A program made the position numbers and the translations under genes. Source: a virus. Taken from it: 64,000 nucleotides of DNA. Positions 63,537 through 64,000 of the stretch are shown here, piece by piece. Under the pieces are notes generated by a model. The model did not search any database. It had not been told where the DNA came from and worked only from the letters and a program-made list of their open reading frames with translations. Positions within the stretch are counted from its first letter, which is position 1, and each line of letters opens with the position of its first letter. The stretch is from IMG/VR virus record IMGVR_UViG_3300044712_001292, positions 39,000 through 102,999 of that record, one strand, 5' to 3'.

Positions 63537-64000
63537 ATGACAACCTACATCCAGCACCTGCTCATCCTGCTGACCGAGGCGCTCGCTATCCTCGGCAGCA
63601 AGAACAAGGCCTACGGCCTGTTCAGCAAGCTCATAGAGTATATCACCTCGGAGGTGACGGTGCTCGAGAACCGCCTCGACGCCCGGACGCAAGAGGTCGA
63701 AAACCTGGAGCGACGGCTGCGTGAGCAGCAGGAGACCATCCGCGACCTCGAGCGGCGGTATGCCGTGGCCATGGAAGAACATAAGCGACTGGCTACGTGT
63801 AACAGAGATTTAACCGACCCCATGGTAGAGATGCACGTGAGCTGCCATTCAAACGGCATCTCACGTATCTTCGAGGGTCAGTTCATCGACGCCATCAAGG
63901 TACTCCGGTCGATGTCGGAGCTTGGCCTGGCTGAGGCAAAGGGGTGCGTGTCCCAGCTCGCGTCGTACACCCCGAATCTCGGCGGTCCCGAGAAGGAAGC
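63537..64000 (+). CDS. Coiled-coil protein with ribosomal L7/L12 C-terminal-domain motif, 3'-truncated by the window (absent from the ORF track)
   Basis: SD AAGGA; open frame MTTYIQHLL...FIDAIKVLRSMSELGLAEAKGCV. Confidence 0.75.
   Translation, partial: MTTYIQHLLILLTEALAILGSKNKAYGLFSKLIEYITSEVTVLENRLDARTQEVENLERRLREQQETIRDLERRYAVAMEEHKRLATCNRDLTDPMVEMHVSCHSNGISRIFEGQFIDAIKVLRSMSELGLAEAKGCVSQLASYTPNLGGPEKE

Larger units (their letters stand above)
1..64000 (+). mobile_element. Segment of a large contractile-tailed bacteriophage genome (head, RNAP, neck, tail and baseplate modules plus a probable early region)
   Basis: Co-oriented, tightly coupled ORFs including portal, protease, MCP, sheath, tube and baseplate-J-like proteins; no host housekeeping operon context. 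Confidence 0.93.

Noticed and set aside
1-64000. Stop-codon reassignment
   Set aside because: Genes are full length and tightly packed in code 11; TAA, TAG and TGA are all used as stops

Overview
This is 64 kb of a GC-rich, large tailed-phage (myovirus-like) genome in the standard genetic code, almost all on the + strand. From 1 to about 54.9 kb it is one virion-morphogenesis region. It runs: portal; ~24 kb of probable internal head or ejection proteins; prohead protease, scaffold, decoration protein and major capsid protein; a SPINDLY/OGT (GT41) glycosyltransferase; neck, sheath, tube and baseplate genes. The internal-protein block contains a bacterial-type multisubunit RNA polymerase, encoded as a beta/beta'-N fusion with a mini-intein plus a separate beta'-C subunit. 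A group-3 sigma factor sits inside the baseplate operon. Head-associated proteins are rich in a K-x-A motif, often in short N-terminal leaders and between domains, which suggests a capsid-targeting and protease-maturation code. A recurrent TTG-type -35 / TA(G/A) -10 promoter lies at a fixed distance from nine start codons, implying leaderless mRNAs. After a primase-like gene, the last 3.5 kb look different: a long palindrome, hairpin-dense non-coding tracts, two copies of a 30-nt H-type pseudoknot flanking a MYG1 exonuclease gene, a D-armless tRNA(CAU), and a ribosomal L7/L12-CTD protein cut by the window end. All calls come from reading motifs by eye; no database searches or folding programs were run.
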